Source: an uncultured Planctomycetaceae bacterium
GTDB lineage: Bacteria > Planctomycetota > Planctomycetia > Pirellulales > PALSA-1355
DNA: 64,000 nt
NCBI GenBank assembly: GCA_963785305.1
Contig: CAWAUV010000007.1
Span: 1,184,001 to 1,248,000 of the forward strand
Direction of reading: 5' to 3'
In this document: piece by piece, positions 1-10,978 of the stretch
How the letters are laid out: every line of letters starts with the position of its first letter
How positions within the stretch are numbered: the first letter of the stretch is position 1
Position numbers and translations under genes: made by a program
The notes under the pieces: generated by a model
Databases searched by the model: none
What the model saw: only the letters and a program-made list of their open reading frames with translations
Told to the model about the DNA's origin: nothing

Positions 1-305
1 TCGGTAACGAAGTCGAAACCGAAGTATTGATACCAGGGGGCGGGAATCGGTTGGAGCAGCGTGAGAGTTTCGTAGCCGTCTTTAATCAAGCGGATTTTGC
101 GAGTGCCGTAGTAGATGAAGTCGTGGGAGACCGGCGTGACGCCGATTTCGTGATCGTCGACATACAGCAGCGCGCCCGGCGGATTGGTGCGCACCGTCAA
201 CCGTCGCTGCACGCAGCCCGCGCCGACGAGCGCGAGCCCGGCGAGCGCTCCGTGGAGCGCGCGGCGAAGCCAAGGCGAGCGGCGAGTTGACGAGCGACCG
301 TCCAA
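1..305 (-). CDS. PEGA domain-containing lipoprotein (3' end runs off the window)
   Basis: Manual translation: ...ALVGAGCVQRRLTVRTNPPGALLYVDDHEIGVTP...; lipobox-like AGC and PEGA-like signature; TTG start uncertain. Confidence 0.7.
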   Translation of the reverse strand, partial: MDGRSSTRRSPWLRRALHGALAGLALVGAGCVQRRLTVRTNPPGALLYVDDHEIGVTPVSHDFIYYGTRKIRLIKDGYETLTLLQPIPAPWYQYFGFDFVT

Positions 306-767
306 CGAAGCGTTCCGCGAGTTGCTGAAAAAAGACCGCTCCCGGAATCGGAGCGTCGACCTGAAAGGGCGCGAAGTATATCGCCCGCCCGCGACTCAGG
401 CCAGACGGGTTTGGCGGCGGCGAGACGGCGGAGACGGCGAGACGGTGGGAAGGTGGGAAGGGCGAACGATCGACGGCGTATGCTTCTGCTAGCATCCCGT
501 GAATCGTTCGCCTACAATCCGACTACCACGCGTGCGGGTCATTCAGACCACGACGATGGCACGGTCTCGAATGGCCTTTGAGTCGCGAAAACCCTGGTGT
601 CCAGGTCGCGCGTTCGGCTGTGGTCGCGCTGGGCCGAGTCAGACGCACGTAAAACGACAAGCTTGGTGTCCTACGAGTTTTGCCGAAAGGCAAGTTCGAG
701 AAATTAAGGGGCTCATTGGCTGGCAGCCGCTACACGGTGTCCCTGCCGTGCGCCGAAAGGAGGATCG

Positions 768-2521
768 GTGATCACGCGCGTGCAAGTTCGGTATTTCAAA
801 CGATTTGAAGAACATTCGATCGATGTTCCCGAACATGTCGTGCTGGCTGGACCGAACAATTCCGGGAAGACCACGCTCCTCCAAGCGATAACGCTTTGGG
901 ATTTGGCATGCGACGATGGAAGGCCAAGCGGCTACCCAATGGCGACAGTCCGTTTTCGCGATCCAAAGCGAAACAGCGGACCGGGGTCCCGATTACGCGC
1001 AAGGATTTCACGGCGTTGCCGTTACAGGCAATGAGCCAACTTTGGACCGACACGCTCACCGCTCTTTCGAAGTCGGACCGCGGCTATGAAAAATCCGGGG
1101 AACCTCGTGTTCTCTCGATCTCGCTCCTTGGTAAGTCGAGTGAGGGTCCGTGGAAGTTGGGTTTTGAATTTCGCTACCAAAATACTGAGCTAATCTATGT
1201 CAAGCCGCAGCCGGAGCACCTCGACGATCTGCCGAAGGCTGCACAGGACCTATCCATTGTGCATGTGCCCCCATTCTCGGGCATCGGCCCCGAAGAAACT
1301 CGCTACGATCGCGAATACCAAGATGTGCTGACCGGACAGGGCAAACCCGGCGACATTCTGCGAAACTTATTGCTCGATGTTCACAAAACGAACCCGAGCG
1401 AATGGAACGAGTTGACGGGCGAGATCGAACGAATTTTCAAGGTTCGGCTTCTTGCGCCCGAGTACGAGGGGCGGCCGTTCATTCTCTGCCGTTACCTGTC
1501 CGGTGTTCCTGGAGGCAAAGGCAAGGGCGGGCTGCCGGAACTCGACATCGCGACCGCGGGAAGCGGATTCCTGCAAGTGCTGACGTTGCTGGGGTTCATA
1601 TATGCGCGCTGCGCGACCGTGCTGCTGTTGGACGAGCCGGATGCTCATCTCCATGTCATCTTGCAGAAGCAAATTTACGATCGCTTACGGTCGCTGGCGT
1701 CGGAACGTCGCTGCCAAGTAATTATTGCAACGCACTCCGAAGTGCTGATCGATTCGACCAGCCCACGCGATATTATCTCATTTTATGGCGATCCCCACCC
1801 ACTGTTGAACGACACGGAACGTGATCAGGTGCGTGAGGCACTCAAGCGACTAACCGCCGTCGACTTGCTTCTCGCCGATCATGCGAGTGGCGTTCTGTAT
1901 CTTGAAGGGCAGTCGGATTTCGACTTGCTTCAGGCCTTCGCCAAGGCCCTCGAACACCCGCTGTATACCCAATGGTTCATGAATCGGCCCTTGTGGCACA
2001 ATAATCAAGGTCGCAATCCGAGGGAGGCCAAGGCGCATTTCTTCGCGATGCGCAATCCGTCCGGAACTCAACGGTTACCTGCTACTTGATGGTGACAATC
2101 GAGATTTGCCGGACCGAGAACTTCAGGGCGGCGGCCTGGAGATCGGCCGTTGGCGTCGCTACGAGGTCGAAAGCTACCTTGTGCATCCCGTCGCGCTGGC
2201 TCGTTTTCTTGAGTCGGACAAAGTTCCGGAGTTGCTGCGAGCGCCGCGGAAAAGTTTCTCCGCGATGCCCTGCCTCCCGCTGTTTATCGCAAGCCAGTAG
2301 CCTCGCACGATTACCTGGAGCGAACGCCGGCCAGCAAAACTCTATTACCCGAATATTTCGCGGCGGCGGACATCGGCATTTCAAAAAACGAGTATTATCG
2401 CATCGCCGAGCAGATGATGCCCGCGGAAATCGCGGAAGAAGTTCGCGAGAAGCTCGATGCAATTGCGACCGCGTTCGGCGTCGACCTCACGATGGCCGAT
2501 CGAGACGTGGCGGCGGAGTAG
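768..2521 (+). CDS. ABC-type ATPase fused to TOPRIM-like domain (OLD-like ATP-dependent nuclease); apparent frameshifts near 905, 2050 and 2250-2300
   Basis: Walker A GPNNSGKT, signature-like GSG, Walker B LLLDEPDAHLH, ATHS, then YLEGQSD and LLDGD; GGAGG RBS before GTG. Confidence 0.7.
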
Positions 2522-2577
2522 CAGTATCGAGTCCCCGGGAGGAATCTCGCGAGAGCTATCGCGGGCAATCGCCGCCT

Positions 2578-2610
2578 TAACAGCCTGTTGAATATTTCAT
2601 CAGGCTGCCG
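2578..2610. repeat. short palindromic element CAGCCTGTTGAATATTTCATCAGGCTG
   Basis: Inverted repeat; related copies at 5580, 21721, 26096 and 39357. Confidence 0.65.
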
Positions 2611-2627
2611 CGCCGAACCGGCATGGT

Positions 2628-3005
2628 TCATTTCGGCGCCGGGTGTTTATCGGCCCGGATCATTTTGCTGTTGGCGTTTTCTTCTTGGTTGAGTTGCCGG
2701 TCTTCGCCGCGGGTCAGGAAGCCGCCATTGGCCCGCACATCGGCGTGTTCCTGCCGCTTGATCGCGTTGTCGTTTGCTTCGAGTTGACGGGCTTGCGCCG
2801 GCGAGAGCTTGCCCCGGTCGACGCCTTCGGCAATGCGGTATCGCTGCCGTGCGACACGCATATTCACTTCATCGCGCCGCGGATGCTGCCGCGCGAAACG
2901 ATTGCCCGCGACGCCCACCGGATTGCCGCGCCGCGCCGAAGCCGTCGCCGTGGGCACAAGTAAGATCGCCGCCAACAAGGGAATTGCAAAGCTTCGCCAT
3001 GGCAT
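2628..3005 (-). CDS. secreted hypothetical protein
   Basis: Signal-peptide-like N-terminus followed by a charged helical repeat-like region. Confidence 0.7.
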   Translation of the reverse strand: MPWRSFAIPLLAAILLVPTATASARRGNPVGVAGNRFARQHPRRDEVNMRVARQRYRIAEGVDRGKLSPAQARQLEANDNAIKRQEHADVRANGGFLTRGEDRQLNQEENANSKMIRADKHPAPK

Positions 3006-3334
3006 GACGAATACCCCTTCTCTTCGCGCGACGCCGCTCGCGCTCGGGCCGGCTCCGCTTGGAGTCTGTTGCGTTTTTGCCCGGCGCGATCACGGATCGC
3101 GGTTGCCTAAACGATCTAACCCGTCGTGAGCGGCAACGCGTCGCGGCGCGAGTCCGATCTGACGAGAAGGTAATGAACCGCCGCGAAATCGGCTTTTTTA
3201 AACACCAGCGCGCGTTTTGCACGTTTCAAAAACGGGCAAACGCCATCTATACTTGGGGCATCGAACAACCTCGCGCTTCTCCCGCCCGGCGGCGCCGCGC
3301 CGCCTCGCTCCCCGCAACTCGCCCGTTTTTCGCC

Positions 3335-4381
3335 ATGCCGCCTGACTTCACGCAAATCTCCTGGAACGCCGCCCTCGAAGACGATACCCGGCAATTGATT
3401 CGCCTCGCGGTGCGCGAAGACCTCGAGCGACAATGGGACTGGACCACCGTGGCTCTCATCGAGCCCGAGACCCTGGGCACGGCCGATGTCGTGGCGCGGC
3501 GCGACGGGGTCGTGGCCGGGATGCCGGCGGCACGCTTGGTGCTCGAGGAAATCGACTCGCGACTAACGTGGATCCCGCGGGTAGAAGATGGCGCGAAGGT
3601 TTCCGCCGGCCAAACGCTCGCCACGATCGGCGGACCGGCCCGATCGCTGCTCGCCGCCGAACGGCCACTGCTCAATATGCTCTCGCGGCTGTCGGGCATC
3701 GCCAGTTTGGCGGCGCGCTATGTGCAGGCGATTGCCGGCTCCGGCGCCCGGATCTACGACACCCGCAAGACAACGCCCGGCTGGCGGCGGCTGGAGAAAT
3801 ATGCGGCCCGCATGGGCGGCGCATGCAATCACCGCACCGGGCTATTCGACGCGGTGCTCATCAAAGACAACCACTTGGCCTTGGTCGGCGCCGGGCCGGT
3901 GTCGGGAGCAGCGCCGGCTGGGGCAACTCAGTCCGAAGCGGCGAAAGCCGGCCGAGCAATGTCGCCGGCCCAGGCGGTGATTCGAGCCCGTGAATTCTTA
4001 CGCGAATCCGCGGTGAAAAACGCGCCCGGCGCCGGCAAAGCGCCCGTAGCGGACGGATCGGGCGGGGATGAGCGGCGAGGGGCAGGGCAGGGGGGGGCGC
4101 CGATGATCGTCGAGGTCGAGGTCGACACGCTCGATCAACTTCGCGATGCCCTGGCGGCCGAGCCCGACATCGTGCTGCTCGACAACATGAGCCTCGACGA
4201 ACTTCGCGCCGCCGTAGCCCTGCGCAACGCCAGCGGCAAGGCGACCGAACTCGAAGCCTCGGGCGGGGTGACGCTCGACACCATTGGCCAGATCGCGCGA
4301 ACGGGCGTCGAGCGCGTGAGCGTGGGCGCGATCACCCACGCCGCCGCATGGCTCGACCTGGGCCTCGATTGGCGAAGCTGA
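3335..4381 (+). CDS. nadC: nicotinate-nucleotide pyrophosphorylase (carboxylating)
   Basis: DTRKTTPG, NHRTGLFDAVLIKDNH, EVEVD, LLDNM and EASGG motifs. Confidence 0.95.
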   Translation: MPPDFTQISWNAALEDDTRQLIRLAVREDLERQWDWTTVALIEPETLGTADVVARRDGVVAGMPAARLVLEEIDSRLTWIPRVEDGAKVSAGQTLATIGGPARSLLAAERPLLNMLSRLSGIASLAARYVQAIAGSGARIYDTRKTTPGWRRLEKYAARMGGACNHRTGLFDAVLIKDNHLALVGAGPVSGAAPAGATQSEAAKAGRAMSPAQAVIRAREFLRESAVKNAPGAGKAPVADGSGGDERRGAGQGGAPMIVEVEVDTLDQLRDALAAEPDIVLLDNMSLDELRAAVALRNASGKATELEASGGVTLDTIGQIARTGVERVSVGAITHAAAWLDLGLDWRS

Positions 4382-4400
4382 CATTTGGCGAAGCAGACAA

Positions 4401-4454
4401 GCGCGAAGCGATGACCGCGCGCGAAGCAATGAACGAGCGCGAAGCGATGACCGC
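4401..4454. repeat. 3 x 18 bp imperfect tandem repeat GCGCGAAGCGATGACCGC
   Basis: Units at 4401, 4419 and 4437. Confidence 0.75.
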
Positions 4455-4566
4455 GACCGGCTCAAGAACGGATGAACAAAAACCCCGCGCGATGCGTCGA
4501 CGCGCGGCGCCATGGGCGCGGCGGGCGATCGCGGGTAAAACGGGATAGAAAAAGGCTGGCCAGCGC

Positions 4567-4761
4567 TCAGGCGGGGCCCAATCGGGCTCGGCGGCCACGG
4601 CGTTCGGCCCGCAGACGGGCGCGGCGGCGAGTCTCGCTCGGCTTTTCATAATATTCGCGGCGACGCATTTCCTTCTTAATGCCGCTGCGCTCGACAAGCT
4701 TGCGGAATCGGCGAACTGCTTCCTGAATCGATTCCCGATCTCGCACATTCAACTTGACCAC
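4567..4761 (-). CDS. rpsU: 30S ribosomal protein S21
   Basis: [12 protein letters not shown]...[18 protein letters not shown]. Confidence 0.95.
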   Translation of the reverse strand: MVKLNVRDRESIQEAVRRFRKLVERSGIKKEMRRREYYEKPSETRRRARLRAERRGRRARLGPA

Positions 4762-5179
4762 ACGGGGCTCCTCCTAATGTTTTGGGGATTGTCGGCGAAA
4801 TAAAAACCCGAGCGCGACGCCAAGGCGTCGCAGTTCGTCTCCGCCGCCGCTCGCGAGAGAGAATCAAGTATTCTAGCGATCGCCGCCGCCGCCTGTCTAC
4901 GGAAGGTTACGAGCGCCGCTAGCAAATTTTTTTGCCGGCGCCGGCGGTTCCATCGCCTCTCGTGGCCCCATCGGCTCGGCGCCAGGGCCACGGCCAGCCA
5001 ATTCCCGGGCCCGCGGCGCGAATCCCCGGCGATTTTCCCCCCGCGCCGGCAGACTCTAACGGCTCGCCTTCCGGCGATGCAGCCGCCCGCGGGCAGCGGC
5101 CGATCAGAGTGGGGAAAGGCCGCGGCGCTCCAATGGGCGCGTTCCGACAAATACACATTCCTCGTTCGGTCAAAATCTC

Positions 5180-5434
5180 TTGATGAACGCATCGAGCCAG
5201 CGCACCCCCACCCCGGCCGAAATCGAAGCCCGCCAAGACGCCGTGCTCCGGCAGCTTGAGGAGCTCGACCGCCGTATTCTGCTCGCGCTCGCCGAGCAGG
5301 GAGTGGTGATTCCGCAGCCGGCCGCCATCGCAGCGGCATCGCCCGCGAGCCCTCGCTTGGCCGAACTGCCCGGCTCGGAGTCCGAGCCCGCTTCGCCCAG
5401 CGACGAACCCAACCGGCATCGCGACGCCGCCTAG
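5180..5434 (+). CDS. small hypothetical protein
   Basis: 84 aa ORF with coiled segment EIEARQDAVLRQLEELDRRI; its TAG stop is part of the MITE CTAG. Confidence 0.6.
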   Translation: MMNASSQRTPTPAEIEARQDAVLRQLEELDRRILLALAEQGVVIPQPAAIAAASPASPRLAELPGSESEPASPSDEPNRHRDAA

Positions 5435-5583
5435 TGCATTGTCACAATTGAAATGACGGGTTGGATTGGTTCCGTGGCGCCATGCCCACGGCCCTGCGTC
5501 GGCATGAGGACTCCGCGTGGCGCGGCCTCCTCTCATAGCTTCACACGGGGTTGCCTATCATTTCAGCCGTGACAAAGCACTAG
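5431..5583 (+). mobile_element. 153 bp MITE-like element, copy 1
   Basis: CTAG at both ends, ~26 bp imperfect TIRs (CTAGTGCATTGTCACAATTGAAATGA / TCATTTCAGCCGTGACAAAGCACTAG); 148/153 identical to the inverted copy at 19092-19244. Confidence 0.85.
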
Positions 5584-5611
5584 CGGCCTGTTGAAAACAA
5601 TCAACAGGCCG
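5580..5611. repeat. short palindromic element CTAGCGGCCTGTTGAAAACAATCAACAGGCCG
   Basis: Inverted repeat sharing its CTAG with the MITE right end. Confidence 0.65.
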
Positions 5612-5649
5612 AGTCGCCGCGCGAACGCGGCGTCCGCGGGCCTCGTCCC

Positions 5650-7311
5650 TTACTTCCGCCGGTCGAGGCGCCCCGAGTTCGTGATCGCCCGTAGCACTCG
5701 CACGCCAAGCGTCAGACTGAGCGCCATGCCGGCGATGCCGGAAACCGACACTCCGCCGGCCACCGGGGGCACATTGTGGCTCAGCAGCAGGCTCGATCCG
5801 AGAAACAGCGAGCTGGAAAGCATGCCGAGCACCAGGCGATTCACCGAGGGTTCGAGCCCGCGATGGTCCAAATGCACATCGAATTGCCCGTTTTGAATCT
5901 GCCGAAGAATTTCGCCCAAGTGCCGCGGCAAGACCTGCGCCACTCGCTCCAGCTCGCCATACACGCGGCGCAGCTTTCGCCAGCGGCGCCAGGGCGATAG
6001 ACGCCGGCGCATCATCTTGCGGCGATACGGCGCCATGACCTCGAGCAAGCTGAAGTTCGGCCAGAGCAGCCGCGATGTGCCCTCGAGCATCACCAACACC
6101 TTGATCAGCATCGCCAGCCGCGGCGGCAGCATGATCCGGTAGCGGCGGATCATCTCGGTCATCTCATTGAGCGCCTCCACTCAAGTCGAAGTCGGCGAGC
6201 GACTGCGCGCATAATGCGACACGAAGTCGGCGACGTCGAGACTCAAGCCGTCTTGATCCAGATCGGCCGGCGGCGAACCGACTCGCACAATCAACGAGGT
6301 GAGAAACTCCGGGTCTTGATCCACCACGGCCAGCAGCATCTCCTCGACATCTTCGCGCAGTTGCTCATCGAGCCGGCCGATCATGCCGAAATCGAGCAGT
6401 CCGATGCGATTGCCTTCGAGCAGCACCAGATTGCCCGGGTGCGGATCGGCATGGTACAGGCCATGCACGAAAATCATTTCGAGATAAAGATCGGCGCCGC
6501 GGCGGGCGATTTCCTCGAGGTCGAAGCGCGGATCGCTGTTCCGCCGGCAATCGGCCAGCATGGCGCCCTCGAGTCGCTCCATGGTCAGCACGCGCATGGT
6601 GGAGAATTGCATGTACACGCGCGGAATTTGCACCGCCGGCTGATCGGCCAGCGCCTTGGCAAACTGTTCGAGATGCCTCGCTTCGCGACTAAAGTCGAGC
6701 TCGCGCAGCAGCATTCGCGAAAACTCGCCGGCCGTGGCCGTGGGGCGATAATTGGCGAACTCCGGCAGCTTCTCCGCCATCTGCGCCAAGGCTGCCAGAA
6801 TTTCGAGGTCGACACGAATGCCGTCTTCGATGCCGGCCCGCTGCACTTTGATCACCACCGCCTCGCCGCTGGCAAGCCGCGCCCGATGCACTTGCCCAAT
6901 CGACGCCGAGGCAAACGGTTCGGGTTCATATTCGCTAAACAGCGCTTCGATCGGCTGGCCGAGCTCGCTTTCGACAATCTCGCGGGCAATCGCCGGGGCG
7001 TCGGGCGGCACCTTGGTTTGCAACTGACGCAGCTCGCCAGCGAGATCCAGGCCCACGAGATCGGGCCTTGTGCTCAGGATTTGCCCGAGCTTGATGAAGG
7101 CCGGCCCCAGTTCGATGATCGCCAGCCGAATGCGGGTCTCGCGGGTGAGCCGGGCCAGGCTTTCGCCGCCGCGATCCTTGAGCAGGCCCTTGGCGAAGTC
7201 AAGCTCGGCGTTGCTGATCCAATCGGCGAGCCCATACTTGCTCAAGATCGCAATAATCTCGCGCCAGCGGTTCAGATTGCGATAAAGCTGCGGAAGCGCC
7301 GAAATTTTCAT
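5650..7311 (-). CDS. AarF/ABC1/UbiB family atypical kinase; frameshift near 6190
   Basis: LGPAFIKLGQILSTRPD, ASASIGQVH, HADPHPGN, LLDFG; C-terminal TM helices in ORF 5650-6180. Confidence 0.9.
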
Positions 7312-7588
7312 GCAGGGCCGGTGGCAAGCGTCGAACGGAGTCGATCGAACCTAGGGAGACCGCGCCATCTTATTCTAGTCGCCCCGAACGATCGTGGCCA
7401 ATCCGACGGCTTGCGCGACAAGACTGCGGGCAGGCCAAAACGATGACCGCGATGGCAGGGCAGGGCAGGGGACCCACGGATTTCGACCGTTGACCGAGCC
7501 CGGCGATTCAGGCAGACTGGGAACCAATTCGGCTGCCCGCCACACTGAGTGTTTTAGCAACCGCATGTTCCCGGGAATCGTGATTGCC

Positions 7589-8917
7589 ATGCGAATCTTC
7601 GAAACGCGAAATTTAAGCTCCGCTCGGCGGCGGTCTCTTGGCCGAGGGCTAGCGCCGACTTGGGTCTGGACCGCGCTGTTTGCTTCGACGATGGGACTCG
7701 TGGCCGTGGCTCGGGCCGAGAATTGGCCGCAGTGGCGAAATTCGAAGCTCAACGGCGTGAGCTCGGAAACGAACCTGCCCACGAGCTGGTCGAGTTCGGA
7801 AAATATCGCCTGGCGACTGCCACTGCCCGGAGCGGCCGGGGCCACGCCGGTCGTGTGGGACGACAATATCTTTCTCACCACCGCCGATGGCGATCAGCTC
7901 AAACTCATCTGCGTGGGCGTCGATGGCAAGCAGCGTTGGCAGCGGGCCATGGGCGAGGGCAATCACGACGTGCGTGGCGACGAAGGCAACTCGGCAAGCC
8001 CCTCGCCCTCGACCGATGGCAAGCATGTCTGGGCCCTGATGGGCACCGGCGAGCTCGCCTGCTTTACCGTGGCCGGCAAACCAAAATGGAACTTCAACCT
8101 GCAAGATCGCTACGGCAAGTTCGATATCCAGTTCGGCATGACCTCGACTCCGGTGCTCGACAAGGATCGACTGTACTTGCAAATCATACATAGCGGCGGG
8201 GCGGGGGTGGTGTGTCTCAATGCCACGACCGGCAAGGAAATCTGGAAGGTGGTCCGTCCGAGCGATGCCCGGGCCGAATGCGAGCATTCGTATGCTTCGC
8301 CGATTATCTATCGCGAAGGGTCCGACGCGATGCTGCTCACGCACGGCGCCGACTATATCGTGGCCCATCGTCTGGATTCCGGCGCCGAAATCTGGCGCTG
8401 CGGCGGATTGAACCCCAAGGGCAACTACAACAACACGCTCCGGCTGGTGGCCTCGCCGGTGGCGGCGCCGGGAGTGATTATCGTGCCCTCGGCCAAGAAC
8501 GGCCCCGTGTTCGGGCTCTCGCCCAACAACAAGGGCGACATCACCGGCCGCGAGGAAGGCCATCTCTGGCAGCGACCGCACGACACGCCCGATGTGCCCT
8601 CGCCGCTGATTCACGAGGGCTTGGCGTATCTTTGCCGCGAAAATGGCACGCTGCTCTGCCTCGAGTCGATGACCGGCAAGGAGCTTTATCAAAAGCGCGG
8701 CCATGCCGACCGCCACCGAGCCTCGCCCGTGTATGCCGACGGCAAGGTGTATCTCACGGCCCGCGACGGCACGACCACGGTGGTGAAAGCCGGCCCGGAA
8801 TTCGAGATCCTGGCCAGCAATTCGCTCAACGAGCCGACCAGCAGCTCGCCGGCGATCTCCAATGGCCGCATTTACCTGCGCACCTTCAAGGCGCTCTACG
8901 CGATCGGCAAGCCCTGA
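7589..8917 (+). CDS. PQQ-binding-like beta-propeller protein (BamB-like)
   Basis: Signal peptide then AENWPQWR, repeated W-containing propeller motifs, C-terminal SSPAISNGRIYLRT; start uncertain. Confidence 0.9.
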   Translation: MRIFETRNLSSARRRSLGRGLAPTWVWTALFASTMGLVAVARAENWPQWRNSKLNGVSSETNLPTSWSSSENIAWRLPLPGAAGATPVVWDDNIFLTTADGDQLKLICVGVDGKQRWQRAMGEGNHDVRGDEGNSASPSPSTDGKHVWALMGTGELACFTVAGKPKWNFNLQDRYGKFDIQFGMTSTPVLDKDRLYLQIIHSGGAGVVCLNATTGKEIWKVVRPSDARAECEHSYASPIIYREGSDAMLLTHGADYIVAHRLDSGAEIWRCGGLNPKGNYNNTLRLVASPVAAPGVIIVPSAKNGPVFGLSPNNKGDITGREEGHLWQRPHDTPDVPSPLIHEGLAYLCRENGTLLCLESMTGKELYQKRGHADRHRASPVYADGKVYLTARDGTTTVVKAGPEFEILASNSLNEPTSSSPAISNGRIYLRTFKALYAIGKP

Positions 8918-8941
8918 GTTCGCCGCAACGGCGCCAGTTCC

Positions 8942-9514
8942 TTAGTCGCCGGTGGCCGACTCGGGTAGCTCACGCACCACCCGGCAGGGAGAGCCCGCGG
9001 CAAAGACCCCGGCGGGAATGTCGCGCGTGACCACGCTGCCGGCCCCGATCACGCTCTTCGGGCCGATCGACACTCCGGGACACACGATGGCCCCGCCTCC
9101 GATCCAAACATCGGCGCCAATCTCGATCGGCTTGCCGAGTTCATGGGTCCGGCGCGGAGCGGCGGCCATCGGATGCGTGGCGGCGTAGAGTTGCACTCCG
9201 GGCCCCAAGAGCGTGAAGTCGCCGATCGCCACCCGGCACACATCGAGCACGACGCAATTGAAATTGAAGAACACGCGTTGGCCGAGCACGATGTTCGCGC
9301 CGTAGTCGCAGTAAAACGGCGGCTCGACCGACACCGACTCGCCTCCGGCGCCAAACAGCGCGATCAAGAGCCCGCGCCGCATCGCAAATTCGGCTTCCGA
9401 CGATGCGTTGAACGCGCGGCACAATTCGCGAGCGCGTGAGCGGGCGCGAGTCAACTCGGCGTCGCGCGGGTCGTAGAGCTCGCCGGCCAACATCTTTTCG
9501 CGCTCGGTGTTCAT
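8942..9514 (-). CDS. sugar (maltose-type) O-acetyltransferase
   Basis: MNTEREKMLAGELY, PPFYCDYG, hexapeptide repeats VWIGGGAIVCPGVSIG. Confidence 0.9.
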   Translation of the reverse strand: MNTEREKMLAGELYDPRDAELTRARSRARELCRAFNASSEAEFAMRRGLLIALFGAGGESVSVEPPFYCDYGANIVLGQRVFFNFNCVVLDVCRVAIGDFTLLGPGVQLYAATHPMAAAPRRTHELGKPIEIGADVWIGGGAIVCPGVSIGPKSVIGAGSVVTRDIPAGVFAAGSPCRVVRELPESATGD

Positions 9515-9715
9515 CGCGGCGCCTTTTTTTCGCCCACCGGCGTCTCGCGACCGAGGGCGGCCGTATCCGGATCGAATTGTCGTTGCTGGCAAATGCCTCC
9601 ATCATCTTCATATTACGCGGCAAGACAAACGCGATCTCGGCGATTTTTTGGCGCGTCGCCGCGGACAAAAGGCCCATCGCCTCGCCCAAGGCCCTCAACC
9701 GGCGCTGCTTCTTGG

Positions 9716-10456
9716 TTAGATGCGGTCTCGCGCCAATTGCAGCGCGGCGAGTGTGCGGGCGCACTCGATTTTTCCCGCGCGGGCCAGTTTGTCGATCACT
9801 CGCGGCGCCGCCGCGACCAAACCAGCCGGGGGTTCAACCGCGTCGTTCGCGGAGGGCGTGATCCACTGACAATCGTCAGCCAGTAGCACCAAGAGTGATT
9901 GCGGCTGCTGGCGGAAATCAGGCCGCAGTGCGCCTAAAATCGTCATGCGGTCCTCGGTCAAGAGTCCGCACCCGGCCAAGCTGCTTTCGGCGGGGCCGAG
10001 CCAGCCTTCGTCTTCGTCGTGATCGTCGGAGCCAGGAAATTCGAGATTCCAGCAACCGCTCGCGGCGGAAAATCGCACCGCCAGCACCAAGTCGCCATCT
10101 TCCAAGCAAGGCACGACCATCACACTGAGCCGGTTGGCGGCCGGAGCGACCGTCGGCGTCGGGCGGCTAGTTTCGCCGACCGGTCGCCCCGCGCCAAGCA
10201 AGTGTTCCGAGTCCACGCGAAACGGCGCCTGCCGTACAGGCGCCGGGATCGGTTCCGCCAGAAATAAGCGATACGGCTCGCCGGCGAAGTATTCTTCGAT
10301 CCGAGCCGAAATCAACGATGGGTCGACACACGGCGCATTCGCGGGAGGCGACGCGATCGTGTTTTGAACCGACGCGCCGAGGGAAATGAACGCGTCAGCC
10401 CTATCAGACCGCGATGCATGGGCGCTTGCATCGCGGCTCGGATTAAAACGGATCAT
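9716..10456 (-). CDS. hypothetical protein, degenerate NUDIX/NudF-like
   Basis: VMVVPCLEDGDLVLAVRF...WNLEFPG and AGKIECARTLAAL resemble ADP-ribose pyrophosphatases, but the Nudix box is missing. Confidence 0.55.
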   Translation of the reverse strand: MIRFNPSRDASAHASRSDRADAFISLGASVQNTIASPPANAPCVDPSLISARIEEYFAGEPYRLFLAEPIPAPVRQAPFRVDSEHLLGAGRPVGETSRPTPTVAPAANRLSVMVVPCLEDGDLVLAVRFSAASGCWNLEFPGSDDHDEDEGWLGPAESSLAGCGLLTEDRMTILGALRPDFRQQPQSLLVLLADDCQWITPSANDAVEPPAGLVAAAPRVIDKLARAGKIECARTLAALQLARDRI

Positions 10457-10978
10457 TACATGGTCCTATAAATTTTACTTTTGCGGCCTCCCAACGCGGA
10501 GCAGGGGTGTTGCCGCTTCGCGAACTACTAAAAGGCTATCGTGAGAAACCACGTGCTCAATGCAAGGAAAGTTTTTTCGCGGTGACAACCGGCTGTCACG
10601 CCCCGATTGAGGACCTCGACGTTCCAGGCGCGGCGCCGCCAAGTGAGCGGTCTTGGCGCCATGCGAAGAGCGTCTCGGAGCATCGTCAGTTCCGGAATTC
10701 GTCAAATTGCCCCCCCATCTGCTCATGGAGCGCGGCCGCAAGGGATCAAAAAAATAGCCGCAAGCGTCGGTTGAATTCAGCTAACGAATCTTCGTAGAAT
10801 GATGGATTACGCATCGTCCAGATCAACGATTGGAAGATTGTTGGAATAACGATACGATCGCCATGAACCCGCTTGGCCTCGCGCGATCACCGCGGGCCAT
10901 CCGCCATTGCAACCCAGACGGCGGAGAGGGCAGGGGGGCGCCGCGAATCCGAGGCGACTACGAAAGGGAGATTCTCGC

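Noticed and set aside
499..767. Retron ncRNA or c-di-GMP riboswitch upstream of the ATPase (TTGCC-GAAA-GGCAA hairpin)
   Set aside because: No reverse transcriptase nearby and the remaining consensus elements are missing
4401..4454. Short tandem repeats here and at 53859 as CRISPR arrays
   Set aside because: No unique spacers and no cas genes
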